From Geosiphon pyriformis uo1 (lineage: Eukaryota > Fungi > Glomeromycota): a stretch of DNA of 64,000 nucleotides. The notes beneath the pieces are model-generated. The model worked only from the letters and a program-made list of their open reading frames with translations. It searched no databases and had not been told where the DNA came from. Both the position numbers and the translations under genes were made by a program. This document shows, piece by piece, positions 40,137-53,900 of this stretch (the first letter of the stretch is position 1; each line of letters begins with the position of its first letter). The stretch spans positions 62,001 to 126,000 of the forward strand of contig JAAOMT010000718.1 in NCBI GenBank assembly GCA_016748015.1. The letters run 5' to 3'.

Positions 40137-40722
40137 CGTGAACTGGTTTTTTAACTCGAATCTCCTGTTCACTTATTTAATGGATAAGATCGAATGAATG
40201 AGAGTTCTTAGGGCACATCTGATATATATGTATATAGATATAGGCATTTTTTTGATTTAATATTTCTAAATTAACACATTAGATGTATAATTTATAGAAG
40301 CTTTTCGATTTAAGAATTTTTGTTCATTTTTCATAAACTATTGTAAAATAGTAGAAATAATCCAAGGTATCATGAACTCACTCGCTTTACAGTAAATATT
40401 TGATAACTTCAATTTATACGTAATAAATTGAAGAAACTAATTCTAGTTATATGAAGATGACCCAAGCTTGACTTTAATAGGTTTACATAAGTGATAAACT
40501 TGAATCTAAATGTTCTAAAAATATGTAGTCGTAACTTTGTTCGAAAGCGAAAAGAAAACAACTGAAAAAGCGATTCACAATGTCCTACAATTACACTTTT
40601 TTCAGAAGAGGAAAACGTAAATGATATAGGGTTAAAATTAGCTATTAATGCCGCTGAATAAAATCAAAGGACCACTACTCAATTTAAGAGATGATTAAGA
40701 GTATTCAAAGGTATTATGTATC

Positions 40723-42185
<1,463 letters not shown>

Positions 42186-42564
42186 ACCTTTCATCATTCA
42201 ACTCGTTTCTGCCGTATGAAATTGTTGTAATTCGGTTTCTCTAAAATAGATGATGGGAAAATATGATGTCACAGAATGAAAGGAGACATCAATAGTAGCG
42301 AACATTTAATACTTCATTAGCTGTTAGCAACATGTACTTTACTTTTAATAATATTTGTCGTTAGTGAGCCAGCCAGCCAACCAGCCAAGAATAATTCAAA
42401 TTTACAAACGAGACTAATTTTCATTCAGTAAAATAAATTTCTTTTTTTTAATTCCGTTGATCATCAATTCAAAAATTGCTTAATATAATCCAGAAATCCT
42501 GAATACTTGTTAATCCTTATTTCCTTGCAAATCTTTCAAAAAGCTAGTTATTTTGGCTTTTAAG

Positions 42565-43639
42565 ATGGTATCTGTCTTCGAAAGTAATATTTTCACAGGG
42601 TGTTCTTGAAAACTGCTACCAACTTGGTAAGTTTTATTGGTCCCTTTTTCTAGACAACGTGTGAAGTAGATCCAAGAGTTCTAGAGAAATTACGCAAGTT
42701 TCGCTTTGCAAAACGTTCACAAAAAGGCAGTGCTGCCTTTATATGTAAGTAGCTCGCAACAAATTGACAATTCTATAATTCGGGCTTTTGGAGTATTAAT
42801 TTGAGCGCTTTCCTGAAAGCGCTTTTTTGTCTATTATCCAAAAATACTGAATTATCTTTAATAAGAATTAAATGAACCAATTTCCACATTTTGCGTCACT
42901 TTAACTAATCACTTCCTTTCCAATAATCGAATTAATCAGTAAAAATTGATCGGGAACAACTTTTAGTCATTGAAGACCAAATACACGATGAAATCACCAT
43001 AGAGGATCTTGTCGAAGGTATTGACTATGTTTATATTCTCGTGGATCGATCGAGTTTTTCAGGTACTCGAAATTTTGATTCTTAATTTTTTATTATTAGA
43101 ACTTCCCGATAATTCACCACGTTATGTAGTGCTCAGTTATCAAGTAAAAAATCTCATGATCATATCACATTATATAATTCACATCTATATTAAAAATTGT
43201 TTTTCATTTGGAGTTAAACCATCCTGATGGACGTGTCTCATATCCACTCATGTTAATCTATTACTCCCCGTTGTCTACTAATCCCGAGACGAATATGCTG
43301 GTAAGAGAATTTTTTTCAAAGTTCCTCTTTAATCTTAATTTCGTCTAAATCAATTATAAATATAGTACGCGAGTGCAAAGACATATTTTCAACAAAAGGC
43401 CGATATCAACAGGGTATTTTTAAATTCTTTCAGAGCTTTAATATCTTCGCTAGGAATAACCGATCTCTTATATTTTGAATCATCATCATCATCATATAGG
43501 TCTTTGATCTTCGTGAATCAGAATTATTAAATGACGAATGGTTACAAGTATGGGACGAATATCTAGAATTTCTAGTCAACTCTTGCAGACAAACATTCTA
43601 AGATTTTCCTTTTTTTCTTAGGAAAAATTACTTTTGTGA
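42565..43639 (+). CDS. GMF: Glia maturation factor (ADF-H domain, Aim7/GMF); many micro-exons
   Basis: LRKFRFAK, KIDREQLLVIED, ELPDNSPRYVVLSY, HPDGRVSYPLMLIYYSP, MLYASAK, VFDLRESELLNDEWLQEKLL. Confidence 0.9.
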
Positions 43640-43980
43640 ATTGTATCCAGCGTAAAGCGATCTGAAAATACGAAACAGGGTTTATTGTTACCAAACAGAA
43701 CCAGGGTGGTGCGTTAAGGATTAGGTTGTTTTTGTTTCAAATGGGATTTTTCCTAAGTCGATTTCCTATACTGAGGGCATATTTATTAAAAAAGTTTTCA
43801 AATTTAAAAGTCTTGCGCTTTAACTTTTAACTGAATTTTCAATTGAGCCAGATTTTAGTTACTCAAAACTGTATAGCAAGAAGTGCAATTCATCAAGAAA
43901 TTAAAAACATCATATTAAATAAATTCTGTGATTCCTATCATGCTCACTACTCACTTCTCAATTTTCTATTTTCTCCTCAA

Positions 43981-44572
43981 TTAAATGTCCCGATTCTCTT
44001 TCCATACACTGCCATCACTATAGACCTCTTTTTTCCATATGGGTGCCTTGGTTTTCAATTTATCTATCAACCATTGGACAGCATGCAACGATTCTTGCCT
44101 ATGAACGCTAGACACAGCGATCAAGACACTTGTTTCACCAACTGGAACTGTTCCTAATCGATGGAAAATGGCAACCTTTGTCAAATCCCAACGATTACGA
44201 GCCTCTGTGATCAACTTACACAAAACTTTTTCAGCCATTGGAATATAACATTCATACTCTAATTGAACAACTTCTTTGTCTCATTTCGTGTTTTTTTTTT
44301 CAAATTTTGAGGGATATATCGAGAAATTTTGTAAAAAATCAAGCAAAAAGAATTTTGAATCAAAAATCCTTCCAAAATTTATTGATTAATTATAGCCAAG
44401 CTTTAACGATATTAAAATATCAATAATCACCTTTGAAAATGTTACGTGTGGTTCCAGAAAACGTTGAGATCGCCCCTGCTCCATCATCTTTCACCATGTT
44501 TACAATCTTTTGCAAATCGAGCGAATCATTAGACAATTTAACGATATCAATTATACATGCTGTTGATTCCAT
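43981..44572 (-). CDS. MOCS2: Molybdopterin synthase catalytic subunit (MoaE/MOCS2B)
   Basis: GAISTFSGTTRN, LEYECYIPMAEK, AIFHRLGTVPVGETSVLIAVSSVHR, IDKLKTKAPIWKKEVY. Confidence 0.95.
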
Positions 44573-44900
44573 CTCTGTTAAATAGAATATTCAAATACGT
44601 TTTTAACATGATCACTTATCAAAGATTTTCTTCAAAAATTACATAAACGCCACAGTTTTTGCGCCAAATACATCACCACTGATCTAGATTGATTGACTGC
44701 GAATTTTTCAATTTATGGGTTAAATTTTGATTGGTTACGATCGTGTCCTGCACGATCGATTGTTTCACGTAATCCCAATTTTGCTACTTTTCATGCAAAG
44801 TTCTCGGGAGACTGAGAAACTTATAAAACTCAAATTTGATTCTATCTTTCATCCCTTTCGCACGAAAATACAACTTACATAACTGAAAAAAATAAACAAT

Positions 44901-46034
44901 ATGCCTGGTGAAGCTTTTTTATTTCTTTTTGCTACTGTATGGGCTGCAGTGCTTTTATTTGTAATGGTGTTTTTCGTATCCTTTTTACATTGAACAAAGA
45001 AAGCAAAAGGTTAATAAGATGTAGAGAGAGATTCTTCATAAAGCTTCTAAAATTTATATATTTACATGAGTAGAAACCCGCATTTTTGGTGAAATTTAAA
45101 ATATTCTACATTCTTAAATTTCAATGAACCCCACAAAACTGATTTTTAGACAATCATGTTCTCTGATCTTGAATGTGACTACATCAATCCTATTGACCTC
45201 TGTAATAAGTTGAATCAGGTATGTGTGATTTCTTGCTTAACCTTTTGAATGACCTCTCCTACTTGAATTCAGTGAATGGTTATTATGATACTTTGAATTT
45301 TTGATTGTTGGTTCGTCTTCAAACGCATTTATCCCCCCAATTCAAGAATGAGAGTAGATCAATTTTAATTGATGCCTAATATCTAATTAGGACCCTGAAT
45401 ACTGTTCTCATTGTTATTTATTCACAGTTTGTATTACCCGAGATGCTTGCGCATGCATTCTTATTTGTATTGTTCTTGATTAATGGCAGTTGGATTGCAG
45501 CATTGATCAACTTGCCATTGATGATCTTTAATGTTCAAAAGTAGGTGGACTATAAAAAATTTTATTTCAAAAGATTGATATATGATCTTGAATTGATTAT
45601 GTTTCGCTGATCGTTAATTTGAAATTATTTTTCCTTCCCTTAATAGGGTTACAAATAACCGACACATGTTTGATGCCACAGAAATCTTTAGAACCCTGGG
45701 ACAGCACAAAAAAGAATGCTTTATCAAGCTTGGGTTCTATCTGATTACTTTCTTCTACTATCTTTACAGGTACGTGATAGCATGGCTAAAGAGAGAGCGG
45801 AACGAATCTTGCAAGTCAAAAATATGCTTTGTGATTTTTCATGTGAATATTCAAAGTTAGACTGGGGATTTCAATTGACATAAGATCCTATTAGATCTGG
45901 TATAATGATTCCATTGGCAACAATAAAGCAAGAAAGGAATGAGACATTTATAGGATTCACTGAGTTTGCCACCCTTCAATACTCATCAACTTTTTCAATT
46001 TAGAATGATTGTCGCGCTGATCAACGAAGCTTAG
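44901..46034 (+). CDS. ERV14: Erv14/cornichon COPII cargo receptor
   Basis: VMVFF|TIMFSDLECDYINPIDLCNKLNQ, FVLPEMLAHAFL, HMFDATEIFRTLGQHKKECFIKLGFYLITFFYYLYR|MIVALINEA. Confidence 0.95.
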
Positions 46035-46625
46035 AACTCTGCCTAGTCATGGGTGACAAGATTGCAAAAGGAACGTCACTGTTTTGGCTTTCTAGTTGGA
46101 AGCTAGAATGCTGACACGTATTTCACTCTACAAACAAGAAGGTCAAAAGGAAGCTGACGCACTGCGTTGAGATTAATTGCTAAGTCGAAGTTATTAAGGA
46201 AAAATATAGCTAGATCTCTTTCTCCTTGCGCGACATCGAGCTTCCGATTTGTATTGTGTAGACTATCTACGTATATTCCTTATCACTCAGTTTTGAACTC
46301 TTTATTCGGGTCTCATTATTTGTACAGCTAGTCTTTTATCTTTTTCACTCTAATAAACGTTCGTCTCAATGTGAATTGAATCCACTATTTCTATGTATTG
46401 AATCGAATTCATTTTGTATCAAAAGCCTACTTGGCAAAAACTTTTCACCATTTAATAAACTAAAAAATTTGGTCAAAATAAAAATACCATTTTCTTTGTT
46501 CAATAAATGATTTTATATAAAAATTTTAACAGCTTTACAAAAACTAAATCTTAAAAATTTTAATTTGATAAAACTTAATTCATTTATTTTTTATTATGCT
46601 TTATTAATGTAATTTATGTAGAAGT

Positions 46626-47290
46626 CTAATTAAAAGTGATTATTTTTAGAGGCGAGCCTTCGAGTTTAGCAAGTGCTGACCGTAAAAACCGAAAATGCAT
46701 CATCACCACACGAAAGGCAATTGGAAGGGGGGACGCCTTAATCCGAAAATTCTCAAGAGATGTCCGGCTGGAATTTGGAGAGGCAGAAGCCGGTAAAAAT
46801 TATGAAGGAGAAAACGGTACGAAGTGGCTTTTAGAGTCAAATCTGAAGTTGCCGAAAATGTTGTGGGACATATTCATCAGTTTATGTAAAAATGTAAATT
46901 GGGACATTGTCGAGGTTAGACAAATGGAAACTGTTGGATATGTTCACGGTGGTATGTATTGAGATTTTTTTGTTCTTTCTGTTTTTGAAATCCTCTTTAT
47001 TTTTTGTGGCTTACAGGTCTGGTTTTAATGATAATCGTGTTAGACGTGCCTGCTGGATATGTGACGCGTATCAGGAAAAGCTCATTATATCGAATTCCAG
47101 AAGAGGTCGAATCATTTGATACAGCGTTGGACTTGCTTGGGGCAGTGTGGGCGAGCAATGTTGTATTTACTATGTCATTTGAAATCTTTTTAACTTTGAA
47201 ATTAATGAGTTGTATGAACCATGAATTTGTCGCAACAAATTGAGCAGCAATCAGTTGAAAAAATCATCGATCGTTTAAAGAGATAAACAT
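46626..47290 (+). pseudogene. 3' half of a PD-(D/E)XK nuclease-like (Crinkler-REase-like) multicopy-family gene
   Basis: Begins inside an intron. Exons read GEPSSLASADRKN...GRGDALIRK...EFGEAEAGK...KLPKMLWDIF...TVGYVHG|GLVLMIIVLDVPAGYVTRI. No start codon. Confidence 0.6.
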
Positions 47291-47534
47291 GTCACGCATT
47301 ATTTTCAGCAACTTCAGATTTGACTCTAAAAGCCACTTCGTACCGTTTTCTCCTTCATAATTTTTACCGGCTTCTGCCTCTCCAAATTCCAGCCGGACAT
47401 CTCTTTGAGAATTTTCGGATTAAGGCGTCCCCCCTTCCAATTGCCTTTCGTGTGGTGATGATGCATTTTCGGTTTTTACGGTCAGCACTTGCTAAACTCG
47501 AAGACTCGCCTCTAAAATAATCACTTTTAATTAG
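46626..47534. repeat. Long inverted repeat: arms ~46626-46859 and ~47301-47534, ~440-bp spacer
   Basis: The arms are reverse complements with only a few substitutions and 1-bp indels over ~233 bp. Confidence 0.95.
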
Positions 47535-48050
47535 CAAAGCTTTTAAAGGAGTCCAGACTTCTACTACTTACCCCACAATATCTACATTCACAATGTCATC
47601 ATAAGTCCTGTCAATCATGGGACCCTATACATTGACATTATACCAAGATTCGTAATGATCAAGCGAAAAGGCATTCGGTTCCCGCTCGTATTGTCGTACT
47701 CTACAATAAAGAAAGCTTTAATCTTAACTTTTAATGCTGCTTCAATTTGACAGCATACTTACAAACTATGTATTGCATATCGAATTGTGTCAATATTAAA
47801 ATTATATTCCTCAAGATCCACTTTTTTCATCGTTTGTCTGCTGTCAAACTGACCTGGTTGTAAAAGGCAGCAAGAGTCTGATAAAGCTCGTCGCTTAACT
47901 GGGGGTCATCTTTTACATTTGTTGATGCGAAACAGCTTGGAACGTCAGGGAAGCGCCCTGAACAGCCTTGTATTGATTTTCACTTTGTGCCTTTAGTAGG
48001 AATTTTTGAGGAAAAAATTTTCAAGGTAATTTTTATTTCAAATAAGATTC
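47260..48050 (-). pseudogene. Upstream/middle part of the same nuclease-like family gene, with in-frame stops
   Basis: Minus-strand exons DTIRYAIHSL|VRQYEREPNAFSLDHYESWYNVNV*GPMIDRTYDDIVNVDIV|GESSSLASADRKN...KLLKIMRDMFISL. The 5' boundary is approximate. Confidence 0.6.
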
Positions 48051-48147
48051 TTTAGAAGTTCTTTTCTGCTAGAAGTTGAGGAAAGTGGGGTAGGTGGGGT
48101 CAACGAAGAACATTAAATATTATTAAAATAGGGGTGGAAGGAGCAAT

Positions 48148-48364
48148 AGTAAATCTGCGATGATCAGTCGCGTAATATAAAACCTGCGAGGGTCATGTAA
48201 AACCTGTGATAGATTGGTAAAATCTGCGATAGGTGAAATTGCGATAATTATAGCCAATAAAATGCGATTTATCGCAGATTTTACCAGGTTTTACATGACC
48301 CTCGCAGGTTTTACCAATCTATCGCAGGTTTTACATTACGTGACTGATCATCGCAGATTTTACT
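48148..48364. mobile_element. Foldback/MITE-like palindromic element (~217 bp)
   Basis: Ends AGTAAATCTGCGATGATCAGTC / GACTGATCATCGCAGATTTTACT; each arm carries ~4 copies of TAAAAYCTGCGA; no clear TSD. Confidence 0.7.
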
Positions 48365-48457
48365 CTCCACATATAAATTTCTCGTGTGCGACTTTCGCAC
48401 GTGTATTTTATTTTTGACAGATCTTTATTCTTTAACTCTCGCCTTTCAGATTTCACA

Positions 48458-50448
48458 ATGGAACATTTACCAGATGCTGCTAAACAAGTCCTATATTATT
48501 ATGGTAAGAAATTGTTGAGTGTTGCTAAAGACATATTACATTCTCTCACGCATTCTGACAGACTACTGGAACCAACCTCTGGACCAATGGAGTCTAGAAA
48601 CCTTCCAAACTTATGTAGGCCAACAAGGAGTTGTCAACAAAGACGACGTCAACAATAGCCTTGGGAAAGAGATTAAGGCACTCAGATATTTATTTAGACG
48701 AAAACATCCTGCCCACTTACGTTTAGACTGGCTCAGAGGGGAATTAAAAAATATTAAAAAGAGAAAACAAGAAAATCAGGCAAAAGAAAAAGGCAAACTC
48801 ATTGATTCGAAAATACCTATAGATATTTCTGATTCTCTGAAGGAATTAAAACTTATTGGCCGGGTAGACAACATTAACACGGAAAATAATAGGATTGCTG
48901 TTGAGGATCCATTTATTTCGGAGATTAATCCACCAATACCCCTTCCACCTCTTGACATGTCATCCGATTTAAATTCACATGATGAAAAAGATAGGGAAAA
49001 AAATAAAGAAAAGAAGGGGAAAAAGCACAAATTAGCAGAAGCAATAGATGAAATAATTGTTGAGAAGTCGGGAAATACGGAAAATACTGGAAATTCTCCT
49101 TTTTATAAACTCATCACAAAAATGTATATTCACTTGGCGCCCATATACTTAAGAGATCCTTGGAAGGCTGTTTTCGAACATTTTGAGATTCTGCTGTGTC
49201 GGTAGGTTGAAATAACAATCGGAGCCAATTGAAATCTCATTGACTCTTAATAGCAATCCTCTATATATTGATTTAGGTGGATTCCTCAATTTCGTGGCTT
49301 CGTTATTGCATACAATAATCTCACGATGGTAGATGACGTTGGAATTATAGTTGAAGATTCCCCGTTCGTACATATTTGGGTAAAAGCTGAAATGCTTGTG
49401 TTTCGACCCGAAAGACGTCAAAAATTGAGTGGGTCATCTTTCTGTTAGATCAGGGTTCTGAATTCGAATGGCTCATCAATCTTGGAGGATTACTTGAAAC
49501 CTTTTTCCATCTTGCTCTTTAGCGGGGACTATTTTTTCACAGAACGTGGACCATATATCAATGCGCCTCTACAACTTTTATAATGCGTCAATTCATGGTC
49601 AATATATACCGCTCGATAAATATGAATGGCATGATAAACCTCCACACCTCGTAGGGGTTAATGAAAAGGGAGAATATGATGAAAACGAACTTGATTTTGG
49701 CTTTTGGATAGATAAAGAGACAGATCAGGCTCTCAAAGTGGGTGATAAATTGGAGTTTGAGGTCGTTGAGTAAGTTCTTACTTTACCTAATTGCTTGAAA
49801 AGGCAATTGACTATATGCGTTCCTTCAACTTAGTAAAGTCCTTAACATCAAATTTACTAAATCCTTAATGTGATCTTCATCTTTAGAGTGGAATATGATG
49901 AATGGGAAATGTACTGTACTGTTGTTGGAACCCTTGGCCCTGAACCCGATCCGGAGGATCTAATCGGCTCAGAGTATCCTTTTTCGTGGCGAGAAGAGCG
50001 TATAGCTCTTGATGCTCGTCGTAAAGAAGCAGAAAAGAAAACTGAGGATGATGATCGATATTTTCATGAAATCTTCATGAATAATGCTTCTTCTGACGAT
50101 GATCATCCCAACGACGATCAAGATGATTTGAGGTCAATTTTAAAAGAAAGGAGACTAGATATTTATGACGAAGAAAAAGGTAGTTATGTTGAAGATGACT
50201 ATGAGATTACCTTAAGAAAAAGGAAAATAGAAAATTACGACGATGGTGGTCAAGGATCAAGTAAGGGGGTCCAAATGGAAGAGAATGACAGAGAAAGTAA
50301 TGATGAGCCGCGGCGGATCAAAAAACCATTTGATGAAGATGAAGAGTATGAAAGAGAGTCCTATGAATTAAATGAATTTTTTGGGGAGAACTCGTCTAAA
50401 GGATTTTCAGATCCTCATGATCCGATCTTTGGTATCTCTAAGAAGTAG
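48458..50448 (+). CDS. RPA43-like (RNA polymerase I A43/Rpb7-family stalk subunit) with an extra ~150-aa N-terminal domain and a long acidic tail; 5 exons
   Basis: SPFYKLITKMYIHLAPIY...WIPQFRGFVIAYNNL...IVEDSPFVHIWVKAEMLVFRP...QNVDHISMRLYNFYNASI...GFWID...LEFEV...VVGTL. Exons ~48458-48503, 48562-49201, 49277-49428, 49523-49769, 49887-50448. Confidence 0.8.
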
Positions 50449-50829
50449 TTATAGGATGGGGTACTTTTTTAATCCTCCACAGATTAGTTTGACCAGGTTG
50501 CATGGATATCATATTCACGTTTAAAACGGACGCTTGACTAATAAAAAGTCTAAAATTACTCATTTTAAGGCAAGCAAATTCTAATAATATGCCATTACAT
50601 AAAACGAACAAAAATCTTTGAATAAGCGTAAATCATTTCTTTTGCCAATAGTTAAATTATCTATTATGATCCAGAAAATACAGAAGAATGGGCCTTGTAT
50701 ACTGTATTTTTTCTTTTTTTCAACCAATGTGGTTGAATGGATTAAAATGATGGATTGAGGTTTTTCAATCCATCATATACAAATTAAACTATTATTGAAT
50801 TTTTCTTATAAGAGCAAGTTATAATATTG

Positions 50830-52155
50830 TCGAGCTTAATATCAAAATTTAAATAATAGTTTACTTTAAAAAGTAGACACATTGATTATAATTAATTAAT
50901 TAAAACAAAATAAGATATTACCAAACTTGTAATTGTTTTTTTATTTCTTATTTTTGTTACATATTTTTAAAAAAACTGGAATTAAAACATATAATGTTAA
51001 GTGTTTATAAATTTAAGTTAATAAAATAAAAAATTTAATTAATTGTTTAATTTCTTAATTTTATAGAAATAATATATTTAAAAACATATTTAAATTACAT
51101 AATTAAGCATTTAAATTTTTATATAATAATTACAATAAATGGCTAAATACATTTAATTTATTATAATTATTTAAAATATAAAATAAGTATAATTATACAA
51201 ATTATTTTATTAGATCAAAATATTTTATAATACAATTTAAAAATTAACAAAAAATTAATTTTAAATTAACAATAAAAATAAAAATAATTTATAAAAATTT
51301 ATTATAATTTTGCTTAAATAATATAATCTAAGTGTTAATAATAATTAAAAAAATTAATAATTAAATTTATTAAATAAATTAAAATAGTATAGTTATAAGT
51401 AAAATTAGTAAATAAGATATTATAATTTTTAGTGTTTAGATATAATTAATATAAATAATTTTTAAAGATCTATAATAATATTTAAAAGTATTAAAAAAAT
51501 TTAACAGATGTTAATTATTGTAAACTTTACTTGTTAAGTTTTTTTATTATAAAAAACAAAATTAATAAAGTTTTTTTAATGTAATAATTAATAAGTAGTA
51601 GTATTTATGTTTTATTGTTGACTAATATTTTTTTGGTTGTTTTTTTAGTTGTTATATTATTTGTATAATTGTTTTATTCTGTACTAGTTAATTATAATTG
51701 CTAAAATTTGATATTATCTTTTTACTTTTTTAATAAACTAATAATACAAATATTAATATATTCAAACTAAAATAAACTCGTTTTTTTTATTAAACTATTA
51801 TAAAGTTAAATTATAAAATTTATTTATAATAGTTAATTCCTTTAAGTATGTATTTTTTAAAGAAAATAAATAATAAAATAAAATATAAAAATAAATTAAT
51901 ATTTTATTAATTGTATTAATTATCATAATCAAAAATAAATAATTCAAGTTGTAAAATTTTGAAAATATTATGTAATTTGTATTTGGTTTAAAATAAAGTT
52001 AATTAATAAAAAATATATATATAAATAAAAAATAAGTTTAAGAATTATATAGTTATTTTAGTAATTTATATTGTTATATAATAACTAAAAATATAAAAGT
52101 AAACTAATTAAATTCTTTTAAGTTAAGATTTAAAATAAAATATATATATATATAT
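50830..52155. other. Extremely AT-rich block bordering the TE nest
   Basis: Near absence of G/C; no credible ORF. Confidence 0.85.
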
Positions 52156-52205
52156 TTTTTTTTAATTTAACGAGTAAGGTTCAAACACTGTCTAGTACAA
52201 TACAT

Positions 52206-53900
52206 TGTTACAGTTCAAAAATTTAATAGAAATTATAAATAATATAAATTAGCCAATCATGAAATAGCACAGCAACAATTTATAAAAAGAAATGATTTAC
52301 AAATAACAGCAAGCACTATTTTACAATAGCAGCAAGCACATTGTGCAAAAGCAACAAGCACTATTTCACAATAGCAGTGTTACGGGATGGTTTTCTTGTT
52401 ATATTTAATTGCTGATATCCCGTTTTAATTGCAATTAGTCTTTCGTGAGTTCCTCAATTTTATTTGTGTGATAATGTCACTGTTATACTGAAGGCTTTCT
52501 TTTTACTGTTGCAATGTAAGTTATTCTTCAATTCTTGATTGTTGTGTGTGTTTATGTACTCCTTCTCAGAGGCTGAACTGAAATCTACCCACTGTCTGAG
52601 GTCTTCTCTGAGGCTATTCTTGCAATTGCCTGATGTGTTTCTCTAATCTAGAAACACAGAATGTTAATGGTCTTTAGTGCTTTTCTAATTCTTACAATAA
52701 AGCTTTTATCAATTAGTAACAACATGAATAATCTTGATCAAGGATTATTCTTCCAAGAGATTCAGTTGATGAATGATAGTTTCATTCAATAAATAATACA
52801 AGTAAGTTTCTTAATACTTTGGGTTGTGATAGTTCAGTTTTAAATATTCTTTTTCATTTCTTTTTGATTTTAAAGGTTTCTTGGGATATTTAATTTGAAA
52901 GTATGATTTAAAGTAGAGTTTGTTGGATAAAATTGGATCTATTGCTTGATAAGTTATGATTTTTATTACTTGATTGATTATTTCCCAATATTAAAACTAC
53001 TGTATATATACATGTTTGTAGTTCTACGAGAAAACACCTTGTAATACTTTCTTTTTGATATTTCAACCTGGTGTTGGCTGCTATCACCAGTTGGTGTTGG
53101 CTGCTATTGTGAACTGGTGCTTGCCACTATTGCGAGATGGTATTTGCTACTATGTTAATCATTACTTTTCTAAGATTATTACTGTGCTATATTATGATTG
53201 AATAGTTTGTATTATTTTTATGATTCTTTTTGCTAAATTCTTAAACCATAACAGTAACAAGCACTATTTAGAAATAATGAAAATAGAGTATTACAAGATA
53301 TTATTTTGTAAAACAATAATTATATATATATACAATAGTTTTAATGATGAAAAATTGAACAAGCTTCAACTAGAAACAACAAATATCTAAATAAAATCTT
53401 ATTCAAAAAGAATTAATAAAAATAATAAATTGAATGAACATTACAATTATGAAATTAACAATAAAATTCACATACTCTCTCTAGCAAATGAAACTATCAT
53501 TCTATCTTTGAACCCTTTAGAAAAATAATTCCTGATCAAGATTATTTATGTGGTTACTAATTAAATTGAAAAAGCTTTATTATATACTTAGAGAAATTGT
53601 GAAAAGGCCATTAACATTCCATGTTTCTAGATTAGAGAAACACATTAGACAATTGCAAAGATAGCCTCAGAGAAGACTTTAGACAGTGGGTAAATTTCAG
53701 ATTAGCCTCTGAGAAGGAGTACACAACATACAAAGACAACTAGAATTAAAGAGAAGACTTACATCACAACATCAAGAGAAAACTTTTAGTACATTATCAT
53801 TAATATCTAACACATAAAATAGAGAAACTCACAAGAGACTGATTGCAATTAAAATGAGAGATCAATAATTAAAATATACCAAGAAAACCATCCTGTAACA
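52206..53900. mobile_element. Solo LTR (family 1, outer copy) inserted in the LINE 3' UTR
   Basis: TGTTAC...GTAACA ends; 4-bp TSD ACAT at 52202-52205 and 53901-53904. The joined flanks match the 3' UTR of the second LINE at ~62335-62450. Confidence 0.88.
52378..53253. mobile_element. Solo LTR (family 1, inner copy) nested in the opposite orientation inside the outer copy
   Basis: TGTTACGGGATGGTTTTCTTG is the reverse complement of the outer end CAAGAAAACCATCCTGTAACA; its other end ...AAACCATAACA matches the outer start; degenerate TSD GCAG/GTAA. Confidence 0.85.

Noticed and set aside
49770-49886. U12-like branch sequences (TCCTTAAC, TCCTTAAT) in the last RPA43-like intron
   Set aside because: The donor is GTAAGT (U2 consensus), so it is not called as a minor intron.
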